Positions 46,101 to 54,900 of a DNA stretch of 64,000 nt are shown piece after piece. Made by a program: the position numbers and the translations under genes. Each line of letters begins with the position of its first letter. Within the stretch, counting starts at the first letter, position 1. This stretch comes from Lentisphaerota bacterium (GTDB taxonomy: Bacteria > Verrucomicrobiota > Kiritimatiellia > RFP12 > UBA1067). The notes under the pieces are model-generated. The model was not told the origin of the DNA. It saw only the letters and a list, made by a program, of their open reading frames with translations, and searched no databases. The DNA lies in NCBI GenBank assembly GCA_015061665.1, contig SUWC01000001.1, forward strand, positions 35,737 to 99,736. Reading direction: 5' to 3'.

Positions 46101-48497
46101 GTAACGGAGGCCGTCCGCGCCAAGATGGGCTTCAGGAACGTCGGCGCGTTCAGGGGCTATCCGGGCACGCGCAACTTCATCATGAACGACCTTCTCATAG
46201 TCCCGAACGTCCCAAGCGAGCAGGAGCAGCCGCTCTGCAACGAGACGTGGGGCGTGCAGTGCGAGATATACAAGGAGCTTCTCCCAGACGAGATCGACCT
46301 TGGGAGGACGCCGAACGTCCGCCTGCACTACTTCGAGGGCAAGCTGCCCTGGGGCTGGAACAACTGGAAGACGAAGGAGAGCGCGAAGACGGTCAGGCTG
46401 ACGCTGGCGACTGACTCCACTGAGGACAACCTCGTCTACCGTTCGAGCAACAAGTCGCTTCCCGCGAACGTGATCGCGCCTATCGCGACGTCGGGCGTCA
46501 CGTACCAGTACATGCTCGAGGTCGAGTTCTGGCAGGTCGGCAGCACGGTTCCTTCGACGAACTGGCTTACGTCCGCGCAGTGGACGAAGCCGGAGTGGTA
46601 CAACCAGATCGACTTCAACGCGGAGGGCGGCGCTTTCTCGGCGTACACGATCCTCGACACTGTCGCCCCGCACTGGGCGTGGATCAACGAGGTGAACCTC
46701 TTCGACGAGTACGACATGGACCTCCAGAACAGCGAGGTCTCCAACCAGTACATCGAAGTCGCGGTTCCCGCCGAGGCGGACATCTCGGGCTGGAAGATCA
46801 AGATGCTCGAGGCTGTCGGCGGGCATGGCGAAGTCGTGACGAACACGCTTGCGGTATTCGGCGAGAACGGGCTTTCGGGCACGAAGCCGGGCCTGCTCGG
46901 GATGGACGCGAACAAGGTCTACCGCGTGATCGCGACGCCGAAGGTGTCGTCGCAGTACCTCAGGAAGAGCGACGGAACGCTTGACGGAACGTGGCAGGTC
47001 CAGATACCGACGTCGACGATATCGGCGGCGGGCGAGATCCTCGGCATCCAGCCGTTCGGGCTCCAGCTTGTCCGCGCGAGCGACATCGTCGAGCACGAGA
47101 TCGTGTGCATTGGAACGAACTGGTGGGGCAACTCCGTGAACTACGGCGGGTCGTACCATCCGACGAACACGGTGAACACGCTCAACAAGAGCGTGAAGGG
47201 CGCGAACTTCTTCTACGTCGGCGCGGACGAAGGCGGCGACGGCAGGTCGGTCGACGTGTTCAAGGAACGCGGCGAGACGGTCGATTCGTGGACGAACCGC
47301 TGGGTGAAGACGCCTGGTCGCATCAACACGGACGAGAACGGCAAGAAGCAGGACATCGACCCGAACCATCCGACGCCGAACGGCGACACGATCATCGTCT
47401 ACTGCAACCTCGACACGACTATGGGCGAGAGGCTGACGCAGACGGCGGGCGACGTCGTCGATTCGCCGCGCAACGAGATACAGTACCTCGTGAAGGGCAG
47501 CGAACTCGGCCTGACGATCAGGTACAAGGCGGCGCCGTGGTTCAAGCTCGAGTCCGTCACGACGAACATGGTCGGCTCGGCCGTCTCGACCGAGATTCCG
47601 TTCACGACGATATCCGAGGCGGAGCGCCTTTACGAGACGGTCGTCGGCATCGGGGCGTCCAACAACTTCTCGGTCGTCGCGAAGCCGAACGTTCAGGACA
47701 AGCTCAGGGAGCTCGGGCTTGGCGACGACAACCGCTATACCGACGCGGTGGTCGACTGGCTCTCCGGCGGACGCACCCTGAAGGGCGAGTTCGCGAACGA
47801 CGACGGCGAGATCAGGCTTGCGGAGTACAGGGGGCTGAACGGCAGCTTCATAACGAACCTCACGCTGACGTCGATGTACTGGCTCGACATGGACCCGACG
47901 GCCGGCGGCCTTGCGCTGTACGGCGGCATGTCGTCCGCCCCGACGCCTCGCACGTACGAGTACTTCGACGGCTACATGATCGACGAGACCGGCGCGGAGG
48001 TTGCGAACTACAGCAGCTTCACGAACCTGCGCATGAACGTGAAGATGTGGATCACGAACGAGAACGACAACACCGCGTGGGCGCCTTACACGCTGCGCGG
48101 CGTGAGGCCCGGCGAGACGACGGTCGGCTCGAAGTTCTCGCTCAAGCAGTGGGCGGCGGACACGAACGTAACGTTCAAGATCACGGGCCTTCTCGGCAAC
48201 GGCCTAGTCAGTTCGAGCGACAGGAATGCGTGGGTGCCGCTTAGGTGGTTCGTCTTCAGGTGCGACGACGACTTCGTCAGCACGTCGTTCGACGAGAACT
48301 TCGAGACGAAGATCGAGATCGACGACCCCTACACGCCCGCGTCGCCGGGCTACGCGGCGTGGCGCCGCTGGTTCGAGCTGCACGGCGGAAAGTTCGGCCA
48401 GGGCTGCAACCTGTTCTATTTCTGGTCGCTTGACGACGTAACGAAACCGATTGGATTCGAGATGCTCGAGAAGGAGAACTACTATGAGTACGAGTAA
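37104..48497 (+). CDS. Giant secreted/cell-surface protein (3797 aa) with triplicated N-terminal glycine-rich module
   Basis: GTG start; signal-peptide-like MKIDSAKATLKRLMTAIFAMVGVSVCA. Three modules of about 300 aa, each with V-x-AEEA-x-GGATGGD...HIFTNTAS, then LLVGGGGAGGG...GGGGAGG-V...VSVGAGGA, ending GGSG(I/V)xxIRY. The remaining 2800 aa or so are Thr/Asn/Gly/Tyr/Trp-rich and beta-strand-like. Confidence 0.85.
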   Translation: MKIDSAKATLKRLMTAIFAMVGVSVCARGAVTYPVTAEEAASYGGATGGDIVNMIVEDGGSVYLAHIFTNTAASATLTIPSANKIMSGTGRILLVGGGGAGGGDCGGGGGAGGVVISNNWTFAEGSMTVSVGAGGASAARGDAGHDGSATTLLLGGVTWTALGGGGGAKCNNVDAKSGGSGGGGARSMAKGNGLQPSHATTPGFGNGGGAANDYRGGGGGGAGSAGANAVGNVSGNGGDGIESDITGVSKWYGGGGGGGGNASDLAGRGFGGKGGGGHGSLSGNYYGSQGYAHGWNGEPGTGGGGGGSGGDSSDVASGAGGSGIAVIRYQVDLSEGGDPLTSADKVRVAPITAEEAVALGGATGGDLIRKVRNDDGTFDVVHIFTNTASAAVFGIGAVNGVIADSGRFLAVGGGGGGGSTAGGGGGAGGFVAGNVTLSQGQYQVIVGAGGAGGASSNVRNRGTVGSDTTITNLTTSTQIALALGGGAGGTLGSTPNTHRPGGNGGSGGGSVRGYSTSEDGSYSGKALQPTEGYPAGGYGCDGGTGKNDNNYGGGGGGAGGAGVGGTDCTGGAGMESDILGYVQMFAAGGDGAARGYYPGADGEVATGNGGGGGGGNANAGAGGGTGGSGVVVIRYTIRGGEIKEMEDGSTLYKFDGDAIFTLEGAAQVRVLAVGGGGAGASGAKGAGSRGGNGGGGAGGFVDVTNVWSGASYTIAVGAGGVTDSVTGSDASSRNGGDTVISTSGNAVITALGGGGGGAYGPGAAGGSGGGGSCSDTSPYAAGLGGTASQGYDGGIGTQAIGRSGAGGGGAGGPGANTATNNTGADGGAAKESDISGTIQYYAAGGGGGARTGTGGKGGAGADKVVIGGTGGGDATTAKGLDGTGSGGGGGSNSSVGGAGGSGIVYIRVIRYMPKTPEPEYIFEYANTEYVVFEREAIDEDVFTITTGDNVSTNRIAATAKGVYTYTLALTADARAKGFTWFDGTTEDKHVTLTISKTISEIYSIHQYGWQIGEERPPLQLDMNPEGVPYLTQFANSELGPWATKSWDDFEEVPGTYWLRIVVEESDNYTGVTSDPVSFKVWEYNATKYPTYLGYHKDIVVDATTFAGVTETLTDFPMLVKVSEDLIPDFYKYADSSDGYEGIRFTVPGPDGAAVEVPFEVNEWNEGGESSFWVKVPSFAPGAYAVTINYGDIGGELPENDPSQVWSDYIAVWHLDSGHYTEDATGHGYTLSGGTMTAGADSVFGSSTYASNGTLVAKEWEGDYPSSGSNFTYTAWYKAQGYSGNMNFAGRKPLTGSYDPGGWMLRLEESVSTTIRFYTSTNSAGAYYTIKDIPALKDNWDFIAIASSGVRFDVTVNDAVKASETNPQYLIYSGDTPDQLNVMTKFMAADEVRVTEKVRSQAWLLAEYLQGKLSSENPGIVVGDETFVTPGATFSNKWLEYPTINPIRWFAGQTTSISLGSALYGEVEYVFNGADGSALTNAIPTTAGSYDVVFFVREIDSGTCTYAGLVYAYPEVIDILVKNDGTGGLGGTTGSATLSGRVLLANDDDLAGFEISGQCYWQTNETADTYWVHEAESSVFLLNMMGQGTINTLMSKEPVDELCGATRIWHLDNVRIGNTEYDDLQPSDRMCYLPWSSTSKVLSENGSYITTKTAANCAHLAMRSVSGAAVYSPCYTNGIGTIYFDAVNAWTVDNNYPTNYTIVIEYATNCVESVGYDKLPTDANLTTLIEVLDEEENVVDSYNGVDYERANWQPIDMVPLYYDGKDFQTSYSKTFGDVVNSFDGPVSSLCLDETVGGGRDRFFRIRVPVLDELDGYRGPIRFRIKRTTTKGVGLDSNNFILLDNLIVSYPAMTANLEPRGKFDPTRYGKKALGTECAFDVPFPAVGDSIKGLAKGSFETNPLVVDADTSTFVTGAKLHYRWRYLNQDFGEWAAVAVAPNTWEAATPLNLSDYSDRPGDVEYWYELLQNAPYYSYTDYSGLGIGLGGLYSENIPVVTNRCDMGTLESCGTDWFVRLREGKSPYESLQIAIDDGSKTNIVYMEVVKDHTWRGYLQTFTNQAGTVRMQVRGVNCQTFGSGEFVESVTNMYSVAALTNMPVSTTMELGTEDDWNDLDIDAMTGYLMFQVDDSTRSLTIVHADYQSFNEWNDAKGSKFVGNSTDNLTKSGTAAGKKKYVGDWSAWTSMGAGSDDWTVPYVGWADLTHMLGREPNVEFQSDTSGNWQVGPGIWVSKWYDDSRNNMGVALQMAGQGRGYVQMTDSNILPRGFGTLSFNARLAQTIGFEDFVYYEGVTPKSLTNYTFVARGAFDTSNNTAFRGKASLSLVAHYRPKIGCYEFRVEQVQANNNTNPSGINNRSQRFSLYRWRVGDDGTIEPTLLGSYMNDSFNIPNTSGSTGTYMPLYISVSNDVSGAVCIMAGVCREGVSASSNTGTESGKNFYSLCYKDTSSYKITSGTYGCLSANCPAKMIRPFHYDKPVPFLNAGPAANTIDRYSNNAITFPGTKQDCYAELLTTDLEDLTWATTPGRFVNFADSGSVYGFTAPTTAVTQKLIVYTVPVSEVSSATASKDWKWTAVTNIVVSGFGSNGKLTAYNVPLYVAEDSYIKIAVDGKPTDTRRDVVIDSLTVTAWRGASWNEDIDDLITYAPNNFEPSEIRCNFNEFSFFDAWVTNITVTGNTKTNALLLSARRTPAGGVCGIKSPLMNGEPLGSDKGSRGIGLGMVSFSYRNAQPNVNLLVQIATNGVGSANMATINNLSEDNWVTWTNVSFSAGSGRPSSGVASVYLGLHGVEGALRVIMDPAVVNAVSKQLNPSLFGDIFITGIKCTDEPELDDSSWWGWNLRGVGISSASGSDEENRMYLPDMTQSADELGMSMALNNSVSVDTYDEDSETYKANMPFVQTPVFGTNLVGEIMFRARKYGYSDAATDAQDAYVTLLGAKEDAPEKFTEITNFCVNAKTFKTYSYKTEPGVDYAAFRLAVSGVDGVDRAGIWPGSGSPVRVILDEVLVTEAVRAKMGFRNVGAFRGYPGTRNFIMNDLLIVPNVPSEQEQPLCNETWGVQCEIYKELLPDEIDLGRTPNVRLHYFEGKLPWGWNNWKTKESAKTVRLTLATDSTEDNLVYRSSNKSLPANVIAPIATSGVTYQYMLEVEFWQVGSTVPSTNWLTSAQWTKPEWYNQIDFNAEGGAFSAYTILDTVAPHWAWINEVNLFDEYDMDLQNSEVSNQYIEVAVPAEADISGWKIKMLEAVGGHGEVVTNTLAVFGENGLSGTKPGLLGMDANKVYRVIATPKVSSQYLRKSDGTLDGTWQVQIPTSTISAAGEILGIQPFGLQLVRASDIVEHEIVCIGTNWWGNSVNYGGSYHPTNTVNTLNKSVKGANFFYVGADEGGDGRSVDVFKERGETVDSWTNRWVKTPGRINTDENGKKQDIDPNHPTPNGDTIIVYCNLDTTMGERLTQTAGDVVDSPRNEIQYLVKGSELGLTIRYKAAPWFKLESVTTNMVGSAVSTEIPFTTISEAERLYETVVGIGASNNFSVVAKPNVQDKLRELGLGDDNRYTDAVVDWLSGGRTLKGEFANDDGEIRLAEYRGLNGSFITNLTLTSMYWLDMDPTAGGLALYGGMSSAPTPRTYEYFDGYMIDETGAEVANYSSFTNLRMNVKMWITNENDNTAWAPYTLRGVRPGETTVGSKFSLKQWAADTNVTFKITGLLGNGLVSSSDRNAWVPLRWFVFRCDDDFVSTSFDENFETKIEIDDPYTPASPGYAAWRRWFELHGGKFGQGCNLFYFWSLDDVTKPIGFEMLEKENYYEYE

Positions 48498-48930
48498 AGG
48501 CAGACGCATAAGGCAGTCTGCCGGACTGCTTACGCTCGCCGCGGCGGTCGCCCTTGGACTGGGCGGCTGCTCCGGCGGCTGTTCGCGCGAGGAGAAGCCG
48601 GAGGTCCCCGGCGCGGTCGATCCTGCGAAGGCGAGTTCGTTCGCCGACCGGATGCACGACCCCGAGTACCTCAAGGCGCTCAAGGCGTCCGAAGAGGGCA
48701 TGCGCGCGATCATGAAGCGGACTGTAGAGCTTCAGAAGGCGCTCGAGGCGGCGAAGGCGGAGAACCCGGACTCTCCCGAGGTCAAGCGCCTTCAGGCCGA
48801 GCTCGACAAGTGCGCGGCGGAGCTCGAGGCCAACAGGCAGCAGGCCCAGCAGGTCGTGCGCGACCGTCTGCACAAGGCCCGCGCCGAGCAGGAGAAATTT
48901 GTTGAAGAACAACAGAGGAAGGGGAACTGA
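48484..48930 (+). CDS. Small lipoprotein with long coiled coil (possible periplasmic chaperone-like partner of the megaproteins)
   Basis: MSTSKGRRIRQSAGLLTLAAAVALGLGGCSGGCS gives a lipobox; the remainder is a heptad-like K/E/A/Q-rich helix. Overlaps the 3' end of the upstream giant ORF by 14 nt. Track ORF starts at 48451 in the same frame. Confidence 0.65.
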   Translation: MSTSKGRRIRQSAGLLTLAAAVALGLGGCSGGCSREEKPEVPGAVDPAKASSFADRMHDPEYLKALKASEEGMRAIMKRTVELQKALEAAKAENPDSPEVKRLQAELDKCAAELEANRQQAQQVVRDRLHKARAEQEKFVEEQQRKGN

Positions 48931-48933
48931 TTT

Positions 48934-51900
48934 ATGAAAGCGAAAATACTAAAGACACTGGCCCTCGCATTCGGCCTTGCGACAGCGTCGCTCGGCTTTG
49001 CAGGGGATATCTACGAAATACGTCCCTGCGACGAGTTCGGCGCCGCCAAGACATACGACCTGTCGCTGGCGAATCCTGCGGGTTCAGGCGAGAACCTCTA
49101 CTTCCTCATTCGCCTGAACAACAGGTACGACACCGCGACGTCGTCGTACGTCCCGTGGAAGCTGAACTACAAGGGCCTGTCGTCGGCATCGACCGCAGTG
49201 CGTCCGCAGATCGGCATCTACGTTTCGGGGCGTCCGTACTTCGCGACGATGGAGCAGGACCCGAAGGCGAAGAGCGACGCCTTCACGGACCTCATCTTCA
49301 AGTACACGACGCAGCCGGGCGACTTCGCGCTTCCGATCCGCCTTGCCACGTCGGCAGGTCCTGCTGACATCAAGCAGGGCGACGGCAACGAGTACGCGTG
49401 GTACGGCCTGACGACGGACAACTGGTCGTTGACGACCGGCGAGGGCGCGTCTGCGGAGGAGGTCACTCTTTCGTTCGGCAATCCCGCGCAGCCCGTGGCG
49501 GCTCCCGACGGGGCAAGGATCGCCGACTACACGCTTGAGCAGGCGCAGTTCTTCGTCCAGACGATTTTCTTCGACACCAAGTGGGAATCCGACGACGGCT
49601 CCGCCTGGCGCTATGTCCACCAGGATTCCAACATCACGTCGAACTACACTCCCAGCGTCGTCCTTCCCGCGGCCTCGACCGAGGCGCGCACGCTCTACGT
49701 GTGGTCGATGAACGACGAAGCCGTCTACGTCAAGGGCGGAACCGAGAAGAGCATGAAGCACCCCGACGGCGAGACGCGCCTGACGAAGGTCGGCACGCTC
49801 ACAATCCCCGGCGGCGCGACGTCCGTCAGCTTCGATTCCTGCGGACTTGACCTCTGGGGCGTGGCCGAGGGCGAATCGGCGCAGCTCGTCCTTTCCGCTT
49901 TCGACGAGTACTACACCTCCAGCGCCGACGGCACGATCGTCGAGGACTTCATCACAGTTCCGGTCAAGTGCGTCGAGCCCATGCCCGCGACGGTCGCCGT
50001 CACGGTCGATCCCGAGACGGCCAGGGCCAACAGCGCGAGCCACCTGAACCGCGCTGCGACTCTCACGGTCTACCTCACCCAGCCGCTTGAACAGGACATC
50101 GACGTCACGATCACGCCCGACATCGCGGGCCAGACGCTCGACATGACCAAGTATGTCAAGATGTCCACTTCCGCCACGAGTGTCAAGACCATCAACGCGC
50201 TCAGCGACACGGTCACGGTCACGCTTCCCAAGAACACCTCGGGCGCCGCGAACGGCGTTCCCGTTTACGTCTACACCCTCCGCGCCGACGAGTTCACGTC
50301 AGGCGGCTCCACGATTGACTTCATTCCGTCCGTCTCCGCCGAGGACATCGCGGCGACGGGCCTTTCGCCCGACGCTTTCCAGGTTGCCGCGCTCGAAGTC
50401 GTTGCGGATCCCACCGTCATCGTTGCGCCTTCGGCAGGCAGCGAGATAGGTGCAACGTCCGGCGTCGAGAAGGAAATCGAGATCGAGCTTGCCGACACGT
50501 ATGCGCACACGCAGCTCGTTCCGGGAACGGACAGCGGCTACACGATCCAGTTCAAGCAGAACGACGCCAGCACGTGGGTTGACCTTGCCGGTGAATACTA
50601 CATCGGGGCTGGCAACGTTCTGCGCGACGCAGACGGAAAGCTTCCCAAGATCAGGTATACGACTTCCTCTGTCGGCAGGACGACTGGCGACACGTTCAAC
50701 TCGTCCTTCCGCATCATCGAGCCGATCAACAACGGCAAGGTGGAGGTGTCCGTCCTTGCGACGGTCCAGGCTCCCAAGACGGTCATACTCGGAACCGACC
50801 GCAAGACGTACGACGAAGGCGATACGGGAGAGTTCTCGATCGCGCTCAACGAGCCGAACGACACGGGCGCCTCGCTGTGGGCCTATGTGGTTGCGGTCAA
50901 TGACGGCGCCAAGAAGGGCGACTTCAGGGCCGAGGGCTATGATTTCGTCATTACCTCCGACATGACGGACACTGAGAAGGCGGCTGCGACCGGCCTTGAG
51001 ATTCCCGCCGACACGACGGCTGTTTCTGGCGACGTCACGTTCCTCGACGGTGGATACAACGGGAGCAAGTTCTACTTCAAGGTAGTACTCTGCACGACTG
51101 CCAACTACGACGAGAGCGCCATCGTCTCCGGATACAACTGCGAGCAGACGAACGTGACGGTCAACAACGTTGAGCCGACAATTGCTCGCGTCGAGCTCAA
51201 CAACGAGCCGCCGGACGACACCGGCACGTATCCCAGCACGTATCCCGTCGGAATCGAGCAGACGCTCACCGTCAAGGTGAACGATCCTGGCCAGTACGAC
51301 CTCACGGCGACCGAGGAGGCTGACAAGTTCCGCGTCAAGTGGACGGTCAAGCGCACGGGCGGCGCGGCGTACATTCAGGAGCTGACGGGCAATCCCGACG
51401 ACATGGAGCTCAAGTACGCATTCCCGGCTGCGGGTACGTACACGATCACTGTCCAGGTCCAGGACAAGGACATGCGCGACTGGGCTGAGCTCAAGAGCGA
51501 GACATACGTCGTCATCATCGACCAGCCGCAGCTCACGGTCACGCTTCCCAACGAAGGCGTCTTCTTCGAGAACGAGAAGCGCGTCCAGATCAAGGTCGGC
51601 CTTGGCGGATACTTCGCCTCTACCGAGCCGATCGTCGTCATGGTGAAGGTGAACTCGCTCGCCGCGGCGGGCGCGCCCAACCCCGGCAAGTTCAAGCTCG
51701 ACTCCGCGCTTCTCACGGCCCCCGCTGGCTATGAGGCATACGCGGCGGCCGACACCTACTTCCTCACCTTCAACTCCGCCGATGCGCTTGACGTCTACGT
51801 CGAGGAGATGGACGGTACCGACGATTCGTCCGGCAAGGGCTTCCTGATCGTCGCGTCGGTCCTCAACGACAGCGTGTCCACCGATCCGACCAAGACCTGG

Positions 51901-54900
51901 GCCGAGTACTACAAGACGAACAACCGCGCGGTTGCGTACGTCGAGAACGCCGAGCCCGTCGTGACGGCTCCGGAGGAGAACGGAACGAACTACTGGACGA
52001 CGGCCAAGACGATTAGCTGGAGCATCAAGGGCACGGGCGACATTCCCGCGGACTTCGCGGGCATCGCGGCCTTCCCCGGCATCCGCGTCCAGTTGACGGG
52101 CGACCTGACGAACCCCGTCGACGAGTACATCACGGAGGGCAAGTCCTACTCCGTGACGCCCGACTTCGGAACGGGCACGGGCAGGCTTGACGTCTACCTC
52201 ACCGTAACCGACAAGGACGGCGGCGAGTTCACCCGCGTCTACAGCTACAACATGCCCGCCACGAAGACCCTGACTACGAATGCGACGGGTCCCGGCAGCG
52301 GCAACGGCAAGATACCGGTCTCCCAGACGTACGCAGCGGCGGACGGCCTCGGCGCGGGCCATGTCTATGTCCTCGGCACGGGCGTCGAGCCTCTTGCCGC
52401 CAACAGCTGGACGGTTGACTGGAACTGCAAGAACCTCAACACGGTCAACATCTACGCGTACGGCTACAAGGTCGGCGCGATCGAGGACGGAACGCTCGAC
52501 GCGGGTCGCGACATCGCGATGAATCCGTGGGGCGGACTCTGGACGACGGGCGACTGGTACACGTACGTCGACGGACAGAACCGCGACAGCTTCCCCTATG
52601 CCTGGATTCTCGCGGGCGGCAGCTCCGGCGGCGAGGAGGCGTCCTACGTGGCGTACGTCGCGCCCAAGTACGGCGCCGACGTCGCGCAGATTTCGCCGTT
52701 CAGCCTCCCGACGCAGACTCTCGAGGACGGCAGCGGCTATCCCGTGAGCTACGTCGAGGCCGTCTTCGCGAGGGAATGGCGCGCGGGCGACAACATGGGC
52801 GACATCAACGGCGACGGAGTGCCTGACTACTTCGCGCTCGCCAAGGCGTACAAGGGCGGCTACCTCGCCACTGCGGACGGCCTTGGGTCCGAACTCCCCG
52901 GCATCAACAACCTCAACGACGACGCCGACTTCTACCCGATCGCGCGTCTGATCGGAGCGGACAAGCTCGTTCCGAATCCGACGAGCCAGTGGAGCCGCGT
53001 CGACATCGGCCAGCCGTTCACGACGAGGCTTGAGATCCGCGGCTTCCACGACGGACTCAACTACGGCATGTTCAAGGTCGATGCGCGCGAGGCGTCCGAC
53101 GGCTGGGTCTCCGACCTCGATCTGAGCGTTCCCGAAAAGCTCGCGCTCGTCAGGCACGCGGAGGCGACCGGAGGCGAACTCGCCGAGGCGCTCCTCGGGA
53201 CGTACAACGCGGACGACGTCGAGAACTGGCTCACGACGGACGACCAGCAGGAGGCGGCCAAGAGGTACATCGACTCCACCTGGGCCAACTACAAGGCGGG
53301 CGATGCCACGACCTGGGGCTTCACGGTCGAGAACCGCACCGATCCCACGGTCGCGGATACCGACGGCGACGGCATGGCCGACGGCTACGAGTACTACTTC
53401 TGGTATGCGGCCACGGTCGGCTTCGACGCGGCGAAGGGTCCGGTCAAGGGCATGCGCTTCACGCTTAACCCCGCGACGTTCGAGACGGGCGTCGAGATTC
53501 CGAGCGAGGAGATCGCCCTCATCTTCAACCCGAACGTCGTCATCGACTGGACCAAGCAGGATACCGACAACGACGGACTCTACGACTGGGAGGAAATGCT
53601 CATCGGCACGAGCCCGATCTTCTGGGATACTGACGGCGACGGCACGAGCGACTTCTACGAGACATACTTCAACATCAACCCGATCGCGGCCGACAACGAC
53701 AGCGTCAACGGAAACATGAACCTCGACGGAGACTTCATGGCCAAGGCGAAGGTCGGAACGAAGAGGGATACCGGTGCTACGATCCCGATCATCGACACAG
53801 GCTATTTCTGGCTCTACACCGCGACCGACGGCACTATGTGGGCGTTCGAGGACCTTCTCGCGCTCGACACGACGGAGGAGTCCGCTCAGGTGACGGCCGT
53901 TGCGTTCCAGGTTGCGCCCTTCAACGGCGGATACATTCCGACGACGGAGAACACGAGGCCGAATAACCTGTTCCGCACGCGGACTGTTGAGGTCAACACG
54001 ACCGTCCAGCCTGTTGGCTCGACAGTCGACCTCTACCACCACCAGGTCTACCGCTTCTGGGGATTCGACCCGCGCACGGGCTGGTACAGGAACAACCAGG
54101 GTCTCGTGAACGGACGCTGGATCAAGAGCGGAACCGCCGGCACTGCGGTCAACACAGTCGACTACACCGCCCGCGACGAATTCAGGCTTCTTGAATACCG
54201 CTACATCGTCGGTCTCAGAAGCTACCAGGCCGATGAGGCGGACATTGCGGCCGACAAGAACACGATCGCCGGAATCGTCGCCTCGGCTACGACGAATCCG
54301 AACACGCCCTTCGACGGCAGGGTCTGGGGCGACTACTCCGACAAGCCCTACGGCCAGGCGCAGCACGGCGCCGATACTGACGGCGACGGCGTGCCGGACG
54401 GCTGGGAACTCTACGTCGGCGTGAACCCGAACATCAAGTGGACGATTCCCGCAGGCCCTGGCTGCGACGTCCTCTACCGCACGTCGACCACGTACAACGA
54501 CGGAACGCCCCGTCCTTACCTGGCGACCACGGATGCCGACAGGGACACGTACGACAGCGACAAGCTCTCCACTCTCGTCGCCGAGTACGCGGGCACCGAC
54601 TCCTGCGGCTGCTACGAGGCCTGCGATACGATCTACGCCAACCACCCGAGCAAGGCGGACGGCTGCATGTACCGCTGGTACAACAAGTTCTTCCCGACGG
54701 ATCCACGTGACCCCGACACCGACGGCGACACGGTTATCGACGGCGAGGAAGGCGCGAAGTGGACGACTGGCTTTGTGTTCAACAGGTGGGGCCAGAACGG
54801 CACCAAGAGGACCAACCACTTCACCGTCTACGGCCTGCCGCACGACAACGGCGGCATCTGCATCCCCGGCGGCGGCATGAGCCCGACGACGATCGATACC

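Noticed and set aside
37005-47369. Series of long minus-strand ORFs (37005..37982, 40086..41819, 42273..43508, 43698..45446, 45636..47369) inside the first megaprotein gene
   Set aside because: Antisense GC-driven artefacts of the same kind. The sense frame has a coherent domain structure and start signals.
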